Shown here piece after piece: positions 50,187 to 59,447 of a DNA stretch of 64,000 nt. The notes under the pieces were generated by a model, which was given only the letters and a program-made list of their open reading frames with translations, was not told the origin of the DNA and searched no databases. This DNA is from Minisyncoccota bacterium (GTDB lineage Bacteria; Patescibacteriota; Minisyncoccia; Phycocordibacterales; PALSA-1337), in NCBI GenBank assembly GCA_035495115.1, contig DATJGJ010000007.1, forward strand, positions 3,136 to 67,135, read 5' to 3'. The translations under genes and the position numbers were made by a program. Each line of letters opens with the position of its first letter. Within the stretch, counting starts at the first letter, position 1.

Positions 50187-52466
50187 TTATTTTGCCACTT
50201 TAACCGCCTCTTCGAACTGTATAGAGAGGAGCTTCGATGCACCATCAGCACCCATAGTGACACCGTAGAGTACACCAGCACGCGACATGGTCTCGCGATT
50301 ATGGGTGATGAGGATGAGCTGCGAATGTTTGGATAGATTTTCGATCATATCGCCATATTTTTTACTATTTGCTTCATCGAGAGCAGCATCAGTCTCATCG
50401 AGAATGATGAATGGAGGCGGATTGACCTGAGAGATAGCGAAAAGAAGCGCGATCGAGGTCAGCGCGCGCTCGCCGCCCGAGAGCATCATGAGGCCTTTCA
50501 CCTTCTTACGAGGCAAGCTGACGTTGACCTCGAGACCTTCTGGCCCTTCTTGCGACTCATTTGCATCATTCGCATCCATTTGTAGATTGGCATCGATGCC
50601 GCCCTCAAGCATGTCACCCAACTCCTCAGCGTCTCCTTTTTTGCGTCGCTTAACTTCTTTGACGACTGTAAGCTCAGCATGACCGCCACCGAACATCAGT
50701 GAGAAATAATTCGTGAACTCCTTGTTTATCTTCAATATGCCCTGCTTGAATTCAACATCGATGCGTACATCCAATTCGGCAATCAGCTTATTTAATTCAT
50801 CCTTTGCCTTATCAAGGTCGACGAGCTCTCGCGCCAAGAAAGCATCGCGCTCCTCCGTCTCCTTATACTCTTTCATCACTTCAGCGCCACCTCCAGCACC
50901 CATATCTTCAAGGCGAATTTTGAGCTTGTCGATCTGGTGCTTTCGTTCTTGCTGCTCTTGTCTTTGTGCTTCCTTGGTTATTGTTTCTTGGTCCTTGGTT
51001 ATTTTGACGTAGTCGACCGCTTCTCTTCCCACGATCATTCCCGCTTCGCCGAGCTCGCGCTTGAACTCTGCCTCAGCAAAATCTATCTTCTGAATCTCAG
51101 CAGTCAAACTACTGACAATGTGACGTACTTCATTTTGACGCGCAATGATCCTGAACACTTCCTTTTCAGCATCACGATTCGTATCTTTTTCATGCTCGAT
51201 CTTCTGTTTGAGAGCGTTATATTCACCGACAATCTTCTTTTCAAAATCAGCCAGCTCTGCCCTCTTATGCTCAAAGCTTTTCTTCTCATCAGACAAACGA
51301 GTGATTTCTTTTTCCATCTCGGCAATGAACTGTGAATCATTGGTTGAGCGATGCCCTTTAATGAAATTGCGAAGTGCAAGAATGATCTCTTTGATCGTCA
51401 ATCGCGATTCATCTTCTTCGATCTTTTTAACGACATCTTCGACATCCTTCAAATAGACCGTCTTGAACTCTTCCTGCTTCATTCTGCTCTCTTCTTTTTC
51501 TTTCGCGCGCTTATTGGCACCGATCTCACCCTCAATACGACCGAGCTCGCGCACAACCGTATCAGTTTCTGTGCGCGTCTCTGCCAATTTCTTTTCAAGA
51601 GAAATAAGCTCATCGCTAGTCACATCTTTATTTTTTGACGCAGTCAGGATATTTTTTGCTTTATTGAGCGCATGCTCGAGGTCAGATAATTCTTTTTTAG
51701 GTCCAGCAATCTCTGCATGCAAACGTGTCTTTTCGGCGGTGATGTGATGCTCTTCGTGAGCGAAATATACTTTATATATTGAAATGAGTTCGCGACGCAT
51801 TTCTTCTGCCTTTTCCACTTTCTCAACCTGTTTCTTCAAAAAGCGCAGATGTGGAGCGATCTCGCGACGGAGCGACTCGACTTGCTTCATATTCTCCTCG
51901 GTTCGCTCGAGCTTGCGGATGCTTTCGAGTTTTTTCCACTGATATATCTTGAGACCGAGGGCATCTTCGATCATCTCGCGTCGTTCGCGGATAGACGCAG
52001 AAAGAATACGATCAGCTTCTCCTTGGGAGATGATATGGTGACCAGTTGCGCCAACATGAGCAGTAGCGAGCAGCTCGATGATATCCTTGAGACGCACTGC
52101 GGTGCCATTGAGCAGATATTCATTGCTATTGTCGCGATGGACGATGCGCTCGATAGTGACTTCATCGAAATCAATCGATGCGAACATGCGCTGTGAATTA
52201 TCGAAAGAAAGCTTGACCGATGCCCGGTTCGCTCTGCCAGCTGCTGATGGGCCGTCACCGCCGCCATTCCAGATCATATCTTCGCCGCGCTTGCCGCGGA
52301 GCGACTTGATCGACTGCTCGCCGAGCACAAAACGAAATGCTTCAGCGGTATTGGACTTACCTGAACCGTTAGGCCCTACGATGCCTGTGATCGATGAGGT
52401 GAAATTGAGTGTCGCCTTTTTGGCAAATGATTTGAAGCCGGATACTTCGAGGGATTTCAGATACAT
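50187..52466 (-). CDS. smc: SMC-family ATPase, unusually short
   Basis: GFKSF, GPNGSGKSN, IISQG, LSGGE, ILDETDAALD, ITHN. Confidence 0.85.
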   Translation of the reverse strand: MYLKSLEVSGFKSFAKKATLNFTSSITGIVGPNGSGKSNTAEAFRFVLGEQSIKSLRGKRGEDMIWNGGGDGPSAAGRANRASVKLSFDNSQRMFASIDFDEVTIERIVHRDNSNEYLLNGTAVRLKDIIELLATAHVGATGHHIISQGEADRILSASIRERREMIEDALGLKIYQWKKLESIRKLERTEENMKQVESLRREIAPHLRFLKKQVEKVEKAEEMRRELISIYKVYFAHEEHHITAEKTRLHAEIAGPKKELSDLEHALNKAKNILTASKNKDVTSDELISLEKKLAETRTETDTVVRELGRIEGEIGANKRAKEKEESRMKQEEFKTVYLKDVEDVVKKIEEDESRLTIKEIILALRNFIKGHRSTNDSQFIAEMEKEITRLSDEKKSFEHKRAELADFEKKIVGEYNALKQKIEHEKDTNRDAEKEVFRIIARQNEVRHIVSSLTAEIQKIDFAEAEFKRELGEAGMIVGREAVDYVKITKDQETITKEAQRQEQQERKHQIDKLKIRLEDMGAGGGAEVMKEYKETEERDAFLARELVDLDKAKDELNKLIAELDVRIDVEFKQGILKINKEFTNYFSLMFGGGHAELTVVKEVKRRKKGDAEELGDMLEGGIDANLQMDANDANESQEGPEGLEVNVSLPRKKVKGLMMLSGGERALTSIALLFAISQVNPPPFIILDETDAALDEANSKKYGDMIENLSKHSQLILITHNRETMSRAGVLYGVTMGADGASKLLSIQFEEAVKVAK

Positions 52467-52555
52467 GATAGTCAGGTGTGGCCTATGGCCATGAGTAGAT
52501 ATATTTTAGCATAAAAAAGCCCCTCCAGACCAAAGGGTGTGGAGGGATGAAAGAA

Positions 52556-52807
52556 TCACTTTGGAGACAGAACTCGAGGCTGAGCGAGCAATGCCAAACG
52601 CTCTTTGAGTTGTGGGCAATGTTCACAGTCAGGCCTTACGTGCGGACATGAACGCTGAATGTGCTGACACTCAATTTGGGTTGGATCAGACTTGCTCGCA
52701 GGTGAGAGAAATCCCACGCCATGTATAACCCTTAGTTGAGTTGAATTGCGATGAACAGGTCGCTCATATGCAAGAGGACCAAAAAACTCTCGTTGTATGT
52801 AAAGCAT
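52556..52807 (-). CDS. Small hypothetical Cys-containing protein (orphan)
   Basis: 83-aa ORF with C-terminal Cys cluster; terminator-like hairpin 52513-52546. Confidence 0.35.
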   Translation of the reverse strand: MLYIQREFFGPLAYERPVHRNSTQLRVIHGVGFLSPASKSDPTQIECQHIQRSCPHVRPDCEHCPQLKERLALLAQPRVLSPK

Positions 52808-52854
52808 AAAAAGTTCGGGTTCGTAGCTATTGTAACCTTTTATATCTTTAAAAA

Positions 52855-54807
52855 CTATTGTACAGCCTCAGAACTGATAATATATGATCTCGTTTTTGGC
52901 CCAAAATACCCTATTGACGGAAGAATGTTATGCACTGCTTGGAATTTAGCCAAAGCTTTTTGTGTTAGCAGACCAAAATATATAGTTTCATGGTTCAGTG
53001 AACCTAGACCAGTAACAGCAACCAGGAATCCGTGCGTATTTAAATACTTTTGAAGGTTTTTGACATCAGAGCCACTGCTACCCATTTGCAATGAACGATT
53101 GAAGGTACCAGTAATTGTGGGAGATGTTTTAAGGCTATTTAGATAAACTGTAGTTGAGGCGCTTGGAGCAAGAAGCGTCGCAAGATAGGAAGGCGAAACA
53201 AACCCCCCGCTATGGGAAACAGTAGTAATTGACGAGCTAGGTATCGTAACTGTAGGACACGGATTTGTAGTAAACGTCTGGTCGGAAGTGCTTGTTGATC
53301 CGATAATATTACTTGCAAAAGCTTGATAATGATACACAGCACCACAATCCAAATTTGTTAGGTCTTGAGAGAAAGCGCCGAAAATATACTCTCCTGTCGA
53401 AGATGCTGATTGCCCATAACTTGAAGTTTTACCAAAATTAAATCCTCGCACTGTAGTTGTTGCCCCACCATCAGTTAGCAACATCGCATTCAAAGTGGCT
53501 GATGCGGCGCCGATCAAAGTGCTCGTGGCGTCAGTGATCATAGGAGCAACTGCACTGATAGTATTTATCGTGCCTGTAGTTTTTTGGTGATCATAGGATG
53601 TCTCTACAGTAACATTAACCCCACCTGTACCAATAAAAATATCCTTGGCGCCTGTTCCAGAAGATGAGAGCGATCCACCAAATAGATTTACTAAGGAATT
53701 GTTATTAGTTGATACTGCGTAATTGGCTGCATCTGAGCCGCTTACATTAATTATCGTATTATAAGAATTGATGACGTTTGCAGCTACACCTTGAATTCCT
53801 CGCGAATACGCGCCAACAAATAGTAACGGATTAACGGTGGCTGTTATATCACTCTGATAGATATTGACTCTATTTCTACTTGACCAATTGAATGTGTCAT
53901 ATTTTGTATCGATTGACACATTGACCAATGTAGAGGATATATCTGTTACAGGAGGAACACCAGACTGATTGAGATTAACGTAAAAACCATCAGTTATGCC
54001 ATGAACATAAATATTTTTAAATGATGCATGGATAAAACCGTTATCGCCATAATCACCAGAAAGATTATTTGAAATAATATACTTATAGCCCGATGTGTTC
54101 AAATCAACTAGTGATAAATCAGAAACCTCTGAACCATCAGCAAAAGAGAGGACAGGAATACCGTCCTCAACATTTGTGCTTTTGATTATAGTGTCATATT
54201 TGCCTGACCCATGCAGATTTATGTGACCAGTTGGCATTTGGTACTGATATGAGTCAAAAACAGTACCGTCACCATCATTAAACGTGAGTGACGTCGTTGC
54301 ATATGAAGCAAACCATGAGCCAGCATCATCAGTAAAAAAATCTATCTGATACATTGAAGCGTTGGGCACCGCAGGCCACGTCACTTGTATGTAAAAATTA
54401 TTGCCAGAATTATTATCTGGAAGCATATTCGTATCGTATGCAGAGACCCATGTCCCGTTTACTAATGCCGAAATATGATATTTGTAACTAATCCCTCCAG
54501 TCACTTTGTCACCTGAACCATAATGAAAAATTGGCGTTATCAATGTTGACGGCTTATATAAACTAATCATGCTTCCAGTTATGTCAAAAGTACCTGAAGA
54601 AAGATACACTGAATCACCGTCTACTGCAGCCGCTATTGCTGTCAAAAGAGCTTGTCCTTGAGCAGAATCGGAACTTGAGGTTGCATTATAGACAGATACA
54701 CTTTGATCACTGTGGACAACACGAATTAAATCAGTTGATGCAGAAACATTATTAACTAATATAAGATAAAAAAATAAAAAACTTCCTAAAAAATATTTAA
54801 TCCGCAT
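52855..54807 (-). CDS. Large secreted surface protein (beta-helix-like, FN3-like, C-terminal peptidoglycan-binding domain)
   Basis: Signal peptide; GDSVYLSSGTF; L.CG..YHYQAFASN; LQMGSSGSDVKNLQ...GYFGPKTR; AT-rich. Confidence 0.75.
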   Translation of the reverse strand: MRIKYFLGSFLFFYLILVNNVSASTDLIRVVHSDQSVSVYNATSSSDSAQGQALLTAIAAAVDGDSVYLSSGTFDITGSMISLYKPSTLITPIFHYGSGDKVTGGISYKYHISALVNGTWVSAYDTNMLPDNNSGNNFYIQVTWPAVPNASMYQIDFFTDDAGSWFASYATTSLTFNDGDGTVFDSYQYQMPTGHINLHGSGKYDTIIKSTNVEDGIPVLSFADGSEVSDLSLVDLNTSGYKYIISNNLSGDYGDNGFIHASFKNIYVHGITDGFYVNLNQSGVPPVTDISSTLVNVSIDTKYDTFNWSSRNRVNIYQSDITATVNPLLFVGAYSRGIQGVAANVINSYNTIINVSGSDAANYAVSTNNNSLVNLFGGSLSSSGTGAKDIFIGTGGVNVTVETSYDHQKTTGTINTISAVAPMITDATSTLIGAASATLNAMLLTDGGATTTVRGFNFGKTSSYGQSASSTGEYIFGAFSQDLTNLDCGAVYHYQAFASNIIGSTSTSDQTFTTNPCPTVTIPSSSITTVSHSGGFVSPSYLATLLAPSASTTVYLNSLKTSPTITGTFNRSLQMGSSGSDVKNLQKYLNTHGFLVAVTGLGSLNHETIYFGLLTQKALAKFQAVHNILPSIGYFGPKTRSYIISSEAVQ

Positions 54808-54867
54808 ATATTTTATATTGTACCCTTTTACATACCTAGGCAATAAGTGGACAACTTAAATGGCAAT

Positions 54868-55566
54868 TCACCACCCCTTAGCTTTGAGCGCACCCTCTGC
54901 CGCCTTCTGCTCAGCCTCTTGCTTTGACTTACCTTCTCCAGTTGCTACCTGCACATCACCGAGAAATACTGCAAGAGTAAATTTCTTATCATGATCTGGA
55001 CCTGTCTCCTTGAGAGTTTTATACGAAGGCGTCACACCTGCCTTTTCCTGAGCCTTCTCTTGGAACATGCTCTTTGCGTCGATCCAGGTCTTGTTCTTTA
55101 CGATCTCATCAATATCAATAATATTTAAAATATGTTCAGAGATAAAGTTTGCCGATGCATCATATCCGCTATCCATATAGATAGCACCGATGACAGCTTC
55201 AACTGCGTTTGCAAGGATGATGGCGCGGGCACGGCCAGTATCCTTTGCTTCACCCTTTGAGAGGAGCATATAGTCATTAAGGCCAATCTTATCACCAACT
55301 TTGGCGAGACTGACTGTGTTTACGATTGCAGAACGAAATGCCGTGAGCTCTCCTTCTGCCTTTTTGGGAAATTTACGGAAAAGAAAACTCGTTACCACAA
55401 GTTCAAGTACGGCGTCGCCGAGAAATTCGAGACGCTCATTGTGCTCAAGTCCTGATTCGCGATTTTCATTGATATATGAGCGATGTGTGCACGCAGTACG
55501 CAAAAGAGCTATGTCATTAAAGGTGACATTGATATGTTCAGCTAAGTTTTCGAAATTAATTTTCAT
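54868..55566 (-). CDS. rnc: Ribonuclease III
   Basis: THRSY, NERLEFLGDAVL, EAVIGAIY, dsRBD; start reset to ATG 55566. Confidence 0.95.
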   Translation of the reverse strand: MKINFENLAEHINVTFNDIALLRTACTHRSYINENRESGLEHNERLEFLGDAVLELVVTSFLFRKFPKKAEGELTAFRSAIVNTVSLAKVGDKIGLNDYMLLSKGEAKDTGRARAIILANAVEAVIGAIYMDSGYDASANFISEHILNIIDIDEIVKNKTWIDAKSMFQEKAQEKAGVTPSYKTLKETGPDHDKKFTLAVFLGDVQVATGEGKSKQEAEQKAAEGALKAKGW

Positions 55567-55573
55567 GCGATTT

Positions 55574-55610
55574 ATTCGTAGTATTCGTGCGCATATTCGT
55601 GGATTCGTGT
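55574..55610. repeat. Solo copy of the GxxExxY-element terminal repeat
   Basis: ATTCGTAGTATTCGTGCGCATATTCGTGGATTCGTGT aligns gap-free, 31/37, with 34588-34624. Confidence 0.75.
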
Positions 55611-56512
55611 TACGCCTTCTCTTCACTCACAATAGTCACAGCCTTTGCAACGATCGGTAGAATATCGTTATAAAAGTTAAGTTCCAATATTGCATCAAGC
55701 TTGAACCATTTTGCATCAGCAAGACCTGGCTTCTTGGCAAGTGTAAGTGTCTTGAAATCTGACTCTGCCAGATAGTAGTGTACTTGCTTGCGAATCTTGC
55801 CAATCTCAGGGTCGTTTGCGATATATTCATTTTCACCAAGATCAGCGACTATCTTTACTTCGAGACCAATCTCTTCCATCACCTTGTTGATAGTTCCCTG
55901 CTTTGGATCAACTTCTGGAGGAATCTTACCTTTTGAGAGTGTCCAGTGACCGAAAACGTCATAAACGAATGCCATATAGACATCTACGCCATCACGAGCA
56001 TATACCACTGCACCACCCAAGTGTTGAATTGGCATTTGCTCATAAGGGACTTCGACCTTCTTTTTCTTTATCGGCTGGGCGTCTTTACCTGGTTCTCCGA
56101 GCTCCTTGTAAACTGCACCGAGCACACCATTGACGAAACGACCACTTGTCTCACCACCGAAAGTCTTTGCAAGCTCAATCGCTTCATTGATAGCCACCTT
56201 TGCTGGTACTTCGACACGATCCGCAAAGAGAAGCTCATAGAGACCGAGACGGAGTACGTTACGATCTATCGGAGAGATCTTGTCGATTGGCCATTCGGGA
56301 GCAGCCTTCGATATGATGTCATCGAGTTCGCCATGCTTTGCGAGAATGCCCTTCATAAGCTCGTCCATAAAAGAAACATCAGCTACTCCTGGTGCGAATT
56401 CTTTTGCATCGCGCAGGATGATAGCTGAAGCTGTAGTGTCTTTTCGGCCACAAAAATCCCACTCAAAAAGTGCCTGGAGGACAACTGAGCGTGATAAATG
56501 TCTATTTGCCAT
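55610..56512 (-). CDS. nusB: Transcription antitermination factor NusB fused to a C-terminal NUDIX-like domain
   Basis: RHLSRSVVLQALFEWD, DRNVLRLG, INEAIELAK.FG, FVNGVLG; then WTLSKG...MEEIGL. Confidence 0.9.
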   Translation of the reverse strand: MANRHLSRSVVLQALFEWDFCGRKDTTASAIILRDAKEFAPGVADVSFMDELMKGILAKHGELDDIISKAAPEWPIDKISPIDRNVLRLGLYELLFADRVEVPAKVAINEAIELAKTFGGETSGRFVNGVLGAVYKELGEPGKDAQPIKKKKVEVPYEQMPIQHLGGAVVYARDGVDVYMAFVYDVFGHWTLSKGKIPPEVDPKQGTINKVMEEIGLEVKIVADLGENEYIANDPEIGKIRKQVHYYLAESDFKTLTLAKKPGLADAKWFKLDAILELNFYNDILPIVAKAVTIVSEEKA

Positions 56513-56629
56513 GAGTTTATTTGAAGAACATTGTTAGGTGACTGAACCTACATTTCTAATTGATCTAATTTCGAATTGACCTAAAATCCTTGTTTATCAG
56601 GAATTAGGTTAATTAGGAATGAGACTAAT

Positions 56630-56839
56630 TTACTTTGCTGCCTTTGCCGCTTTCTTTGTAGCAGCGACTGTAAGATCAAGGACCTTACGGCCATTGTACC
56701 ATCCACAGTTCATACAGACTGCATGAGTCTTGTGAGCAGCTTTACAGTTCTGGCAAACAGAAGTACGCGCTGCATCGAGAGCATGATGAGAACGTCTATT
56801 GTCGCGATGAGCTCGCGTTGCACGCATTCGGTTTACCAT
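56630..56839 (-). CDS. rpmF: 50S ribosomal protein L32
   Basis: RRSHHAL, CQNC, HAVCMNCGWYNGRKV. Confidence 0.92.
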   Translation of the reverse strand: MVNRMRATRAHRDNRRSHHALDAARTSVCQNCKAAHKTHAVCMNCGWYNGRKVLDLTVAATKKAAKAAK

Positions 56840-56938
56840 GTGGAACAGTATTACATACCATGAAAAAAAACTCAAGTGATTTGTCTAATTAATAAAAACC
56901 TGTTACATTGTTTGAGTTCGTTTAGAAATAAATGAGAT

Positions 56939-57011
56939 GCGCCCATAGCTCAGCTGGTAGAGCAGATCCCTCTTAAGGATAAGGTCGTAGGTTCGATCCC
57001 TACTGGGCGCA
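56939..57011 (+). tRNA. tRNA-Lys(CTT)
   Basis: Acceptor GCGCCCA/TGGGCGC; anticodon loop CTCTTAA; TTCGATC. Confidence 0.93.
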
Positions 57012-57109
57012 CAAACCGAGGGCACGTAGGTTTGTGCGAGCCGCAGGCCTGACGAGGCCGAGGCGGGGTCGCGAGATTTTCTAGCAAGAAAATACTCGTG
57101 ACCACAAAC
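57008..57109 (+). repeat. Second type of tRNA-linked multi-hairpin element
   Basis: Three hairpins, the first pairing with the tRNA 3' end; CACAAAC direct repeat at 57010 and 57103. Confidence 0.6.
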
Positions 57110-57139
57110 ATGGTAATATAATAAACAATCAAATAATTT

Positions 57140-57221
57140 GCTGGGATGGCGGAATTGGTATACGCACATGCCTTAGGAGCATGCGGAGTAATCCTTGGGA
57201 GTTCGAGTCTCCCTCCCAGCA
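57140..57221 (+). tRNA. tRNA-Leu(TAG)
   Basis: Acceptor GCTGGGA/TCCCAGC; CATGC-CTTAGGA-GCATG; variable arm. Confidence 0.95.
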
Positions 57222-57290
57222 CAAAATTGACCTTCAGCATTTTTTGTGTTATTTTGTTTTTGAACCCTGAACAATCAACAATACAAAGTT

Positions 57291-57737
57291 ATGTCTCATG
57301 AAATAAATGAAATGGTGAACATCCTGCTCTATGCAGGCGCCCCTGAAGCAGACAAGAAACTGACACTCAAACTTTTGGCCATGCTCGATCAGCTGCATGT
57401 CAAGAACATCAGCATTACCGCTGGTTTCGTTGATGATGACGCAGCGATCGGTGCCCTGGAATCACTCAAGAAAAGCACTGGGCACATCGATTTGGTCGCC
57501 ATCAAATCGGGAAGCAAAAAAACTCGTTTTCGCGTGGCCTTTCACGCTGAGAAACTCGGTATCAAGACAGTAGTCTGGTCAGCTCACACGCATTTTGTGC
57601 ATTCGTGCCATAATCTTAAAGCATCGTTTGTCCGTGTCAGATACAAAGACATGGAAAAAGATCTGGACTTGGTAGCTGAGGCTATCAAGCACGAAATCAA
57701 TAAGCTACGCAAACCCAAGCCAGTTCTTCCCAAATAG
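57291..57737 (+). CDS. Hypothetical protein (orphan)
   Basis: TTGACC-N17-TATTTT promoter; terminator-like hairpin 57752-57789. Confidence 0.6.
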   Translation: MSHEINEMVNILLYAGAPEADKKLTLKLLAMLDQLHVKNISITAGFVDDDAAIGALESLKKSTGHIDLVAIKSGSKKTRFRVAFHAEKLGIKTVVWSAHTHFVHSCHNLKASFVRVRYKDMEKDLDLVAEAIKHEINKLRKPKPVLPK

Positions 57738-57935
57738 CGATCGAATCTACCAATCCCTGTATAGTCACTTTGTGATCTATATGGGGATTTTGTATCTATT
57801 GACTTTTACCCATATTTGTAGTAGTATAGTACTAAAGTGCATTCGGAGGTGAAAACCTCAAGAGCACGTTGAAAAACCAATAACAAAAGGGTTTAAATTC
57901 CTGAGCGAAATGCTCAAAAACGAAAGGACCGAAGA

Positions 57936-59399
57936 ATGAAAAAGATTCCTATGAATCCGGTAACTGGCCTCGAGGTCAGCCCGAATGGTGACACACTTGT
58001 GTTCAATCCTCCGGCAGGCGGTGCTCCGCACGGCATGGAGGTCATTGTCGTTGACTCTGCAGTGCTTATCGAAGGTAAAAAGCATGAGCCTACGCTCGGC
58101 GTTAAGCTCGACAAAGTTGATGCAAGTCAGTCATGTAGTATTGGATTGGCTGGGATGGAATGGAGAGGTGAAAACTATCCCCTCAAGCCCGGCGGCAAAT
58201 ACCATGTCTATGTGACTGTCCTCGGTGGGAAGGTCGGCAACGAAATGCGCGCGGATAGCGAGCTCGCCACGATCAGCTTCTTCATGAGTTCCACTCTCGC
58301 CAGCATCATCCAAGTTCAGTATGAAATGGATCGCTTCGAGAAGGAGTTGAAGAAAAAATATGGCGAAGACGACGTCCGACGCCTGATTAGCGAAAACGAC
58401 CTTGCCATCAGCGAAGGCTTTGATGAGCAGGTGAAAAAACTCGCAAATGGCGAGATTGCCGGCTCTGAAACGATCAAGAAGTTGCAGGAACAGGTCAAGT
58501 CATTGAAGGACACCATCGAAGCAATCAAGAAAGCTCCGGCGGCTCGTTCATCTACGAACTCGACATGCTTCACGCCTGCTGAAGTGCTCGGTGCTCAACA
58601 AAATTGGCGCTGGGCACTGGCTGTTGCGTGCATCCTCGGCTTGGCGATAATCGCTGGACTGCTGATGAGCAACTACTGGTCGCACTATTCTAGCGCTCCT
58701 GCGCCTCAACCCACGTGGGCTGGCGTCTGGGGTGGCACGATGGGCACCAATGATATCCCGATCGGTTCGACGTTCGCCACAAGCGGCTGTTCGACAAATG
58801 GTGTCGGTGCCGTTCAGGCATTCAACAACACCGGGACCATCAGCAGCAACAACAACTGCAACTTCGGCATCAAGGTATATGTCCTCCCCCCGCCAGTGGT
58901 CAAAGTGCCCTGTCCTGTCCAGTTCCAAAAGAATGAGACACAGTGCGCTCCTGAACCTACGCCACCACCTGCCCCAAAGCAAGCAGTGCTCCAGGGAACA
59001 GATAGCGGCGACCAAAGCGAGGAGTGTCAGGAAATCATCAGTGAGGACCTGTCGCAGGCTCCGCTGCCGAGCACGCAGGTTATCTGCAGCTCTGAGACAC
59101 GACCGATCGTTGGTGTTGGCATAGAGCTTCAAAGCTATGCCGACTACAACCATTCGATTGGGTGGAACGGGGGCTGGGACGATGACCATCACAGAAGAAA
59201 CTGTTACCCACCTGTAAGACGGTGGCCTGCATATAACCCCATCCCCTTGCCTCCTGTTCAACCCGTAGGCGTAGTATGTTTGGATGGTAATTATCAAGGC
59301 AATTACGGTAACGTTGGCATTGTGAAAGCAAGAAACAATCCCCGAATGGTTGTGGCGTCAAATGTGAGCCGCAGACAAGTGGGCGGAAAACACCGCTAA
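57936..59399 (+). CDS. Hypothetical single-TM protein with coiled coil and Pro/Cys-rich tail (orphan)
   Basis: 487 aa; TTGACT-N17-TAGTAT promoter; terminator 59416-59447. Confidence 0.7.
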   Translation: MKKIPMNPVTGLEVSPNGDTLVFNPPAGGAPHGMEVIVVDSAVLIEGKKHEPTLGVKLDKVDASQSCSIGLAGMEWRGENYPLKPGGKYHVYVTVLGGKVGNEMRADSELATISFFMSSTLASIIQVQYEMDRFEKELKKKYGEDDVRRLISENDLAISEGFDEQVKKLANGEIAGSETIKKLQEQVKSLKDTIEAIKKAPAARSSTNSTCFTPAEVLGAQQNWRWALAVACILGLAIIAGLLMSNYWSHYSSAPAPQPTWAGVWGGTMGTNDIPIGSTFATSGCSTNGVGAVQAFNNTGTISSNNNCNFGIKVYVLPPPVVKVPCPVQFQKNETQCAPEPTPPPAPKQAVLQGTDSGDQSEECQEIISEDLSQAPLPSTQVICSSETRPIVGVGIELQSYADYNHSIGWNGGWDDDHHRRNCYPPVRRWPAYNPIPLPPVQPVGVVCLDGNYQGNYGNVGIVKARNNPRMVVASNVSRRQVGGKHR

Positions 59400-59415
59400 T
59401 AACAACACATTACAC

Positions 59416-59447
59416 AGCCCGTAGATGCAAATCTACGGGCTTTTTTT
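59416..59447 (+). terminator. Intrinsic terminator
   Basis: AGCCCGTAGAT-gcaa-ATCTACGGGCT plus T-tract. Confidence 0.85.

Noticed and set aside
46618-52494. Numerous antisense and shifted-frame ORFs within clpB, smc, copA and other long genes
   Set aside because: Shadow ORFs with no motifs, fully overlapping well-supported genes
55567-55626. N-terminal extension of RNase III (MKRRRNTNPRICARILRINR) and similar extensions of alr, clpB, miaA, rpmG, rpmF
   Set aside because: The rnc extension is a translation of the repeat; the others precede the conserved N-termini, and several overlap likely -10 boxes
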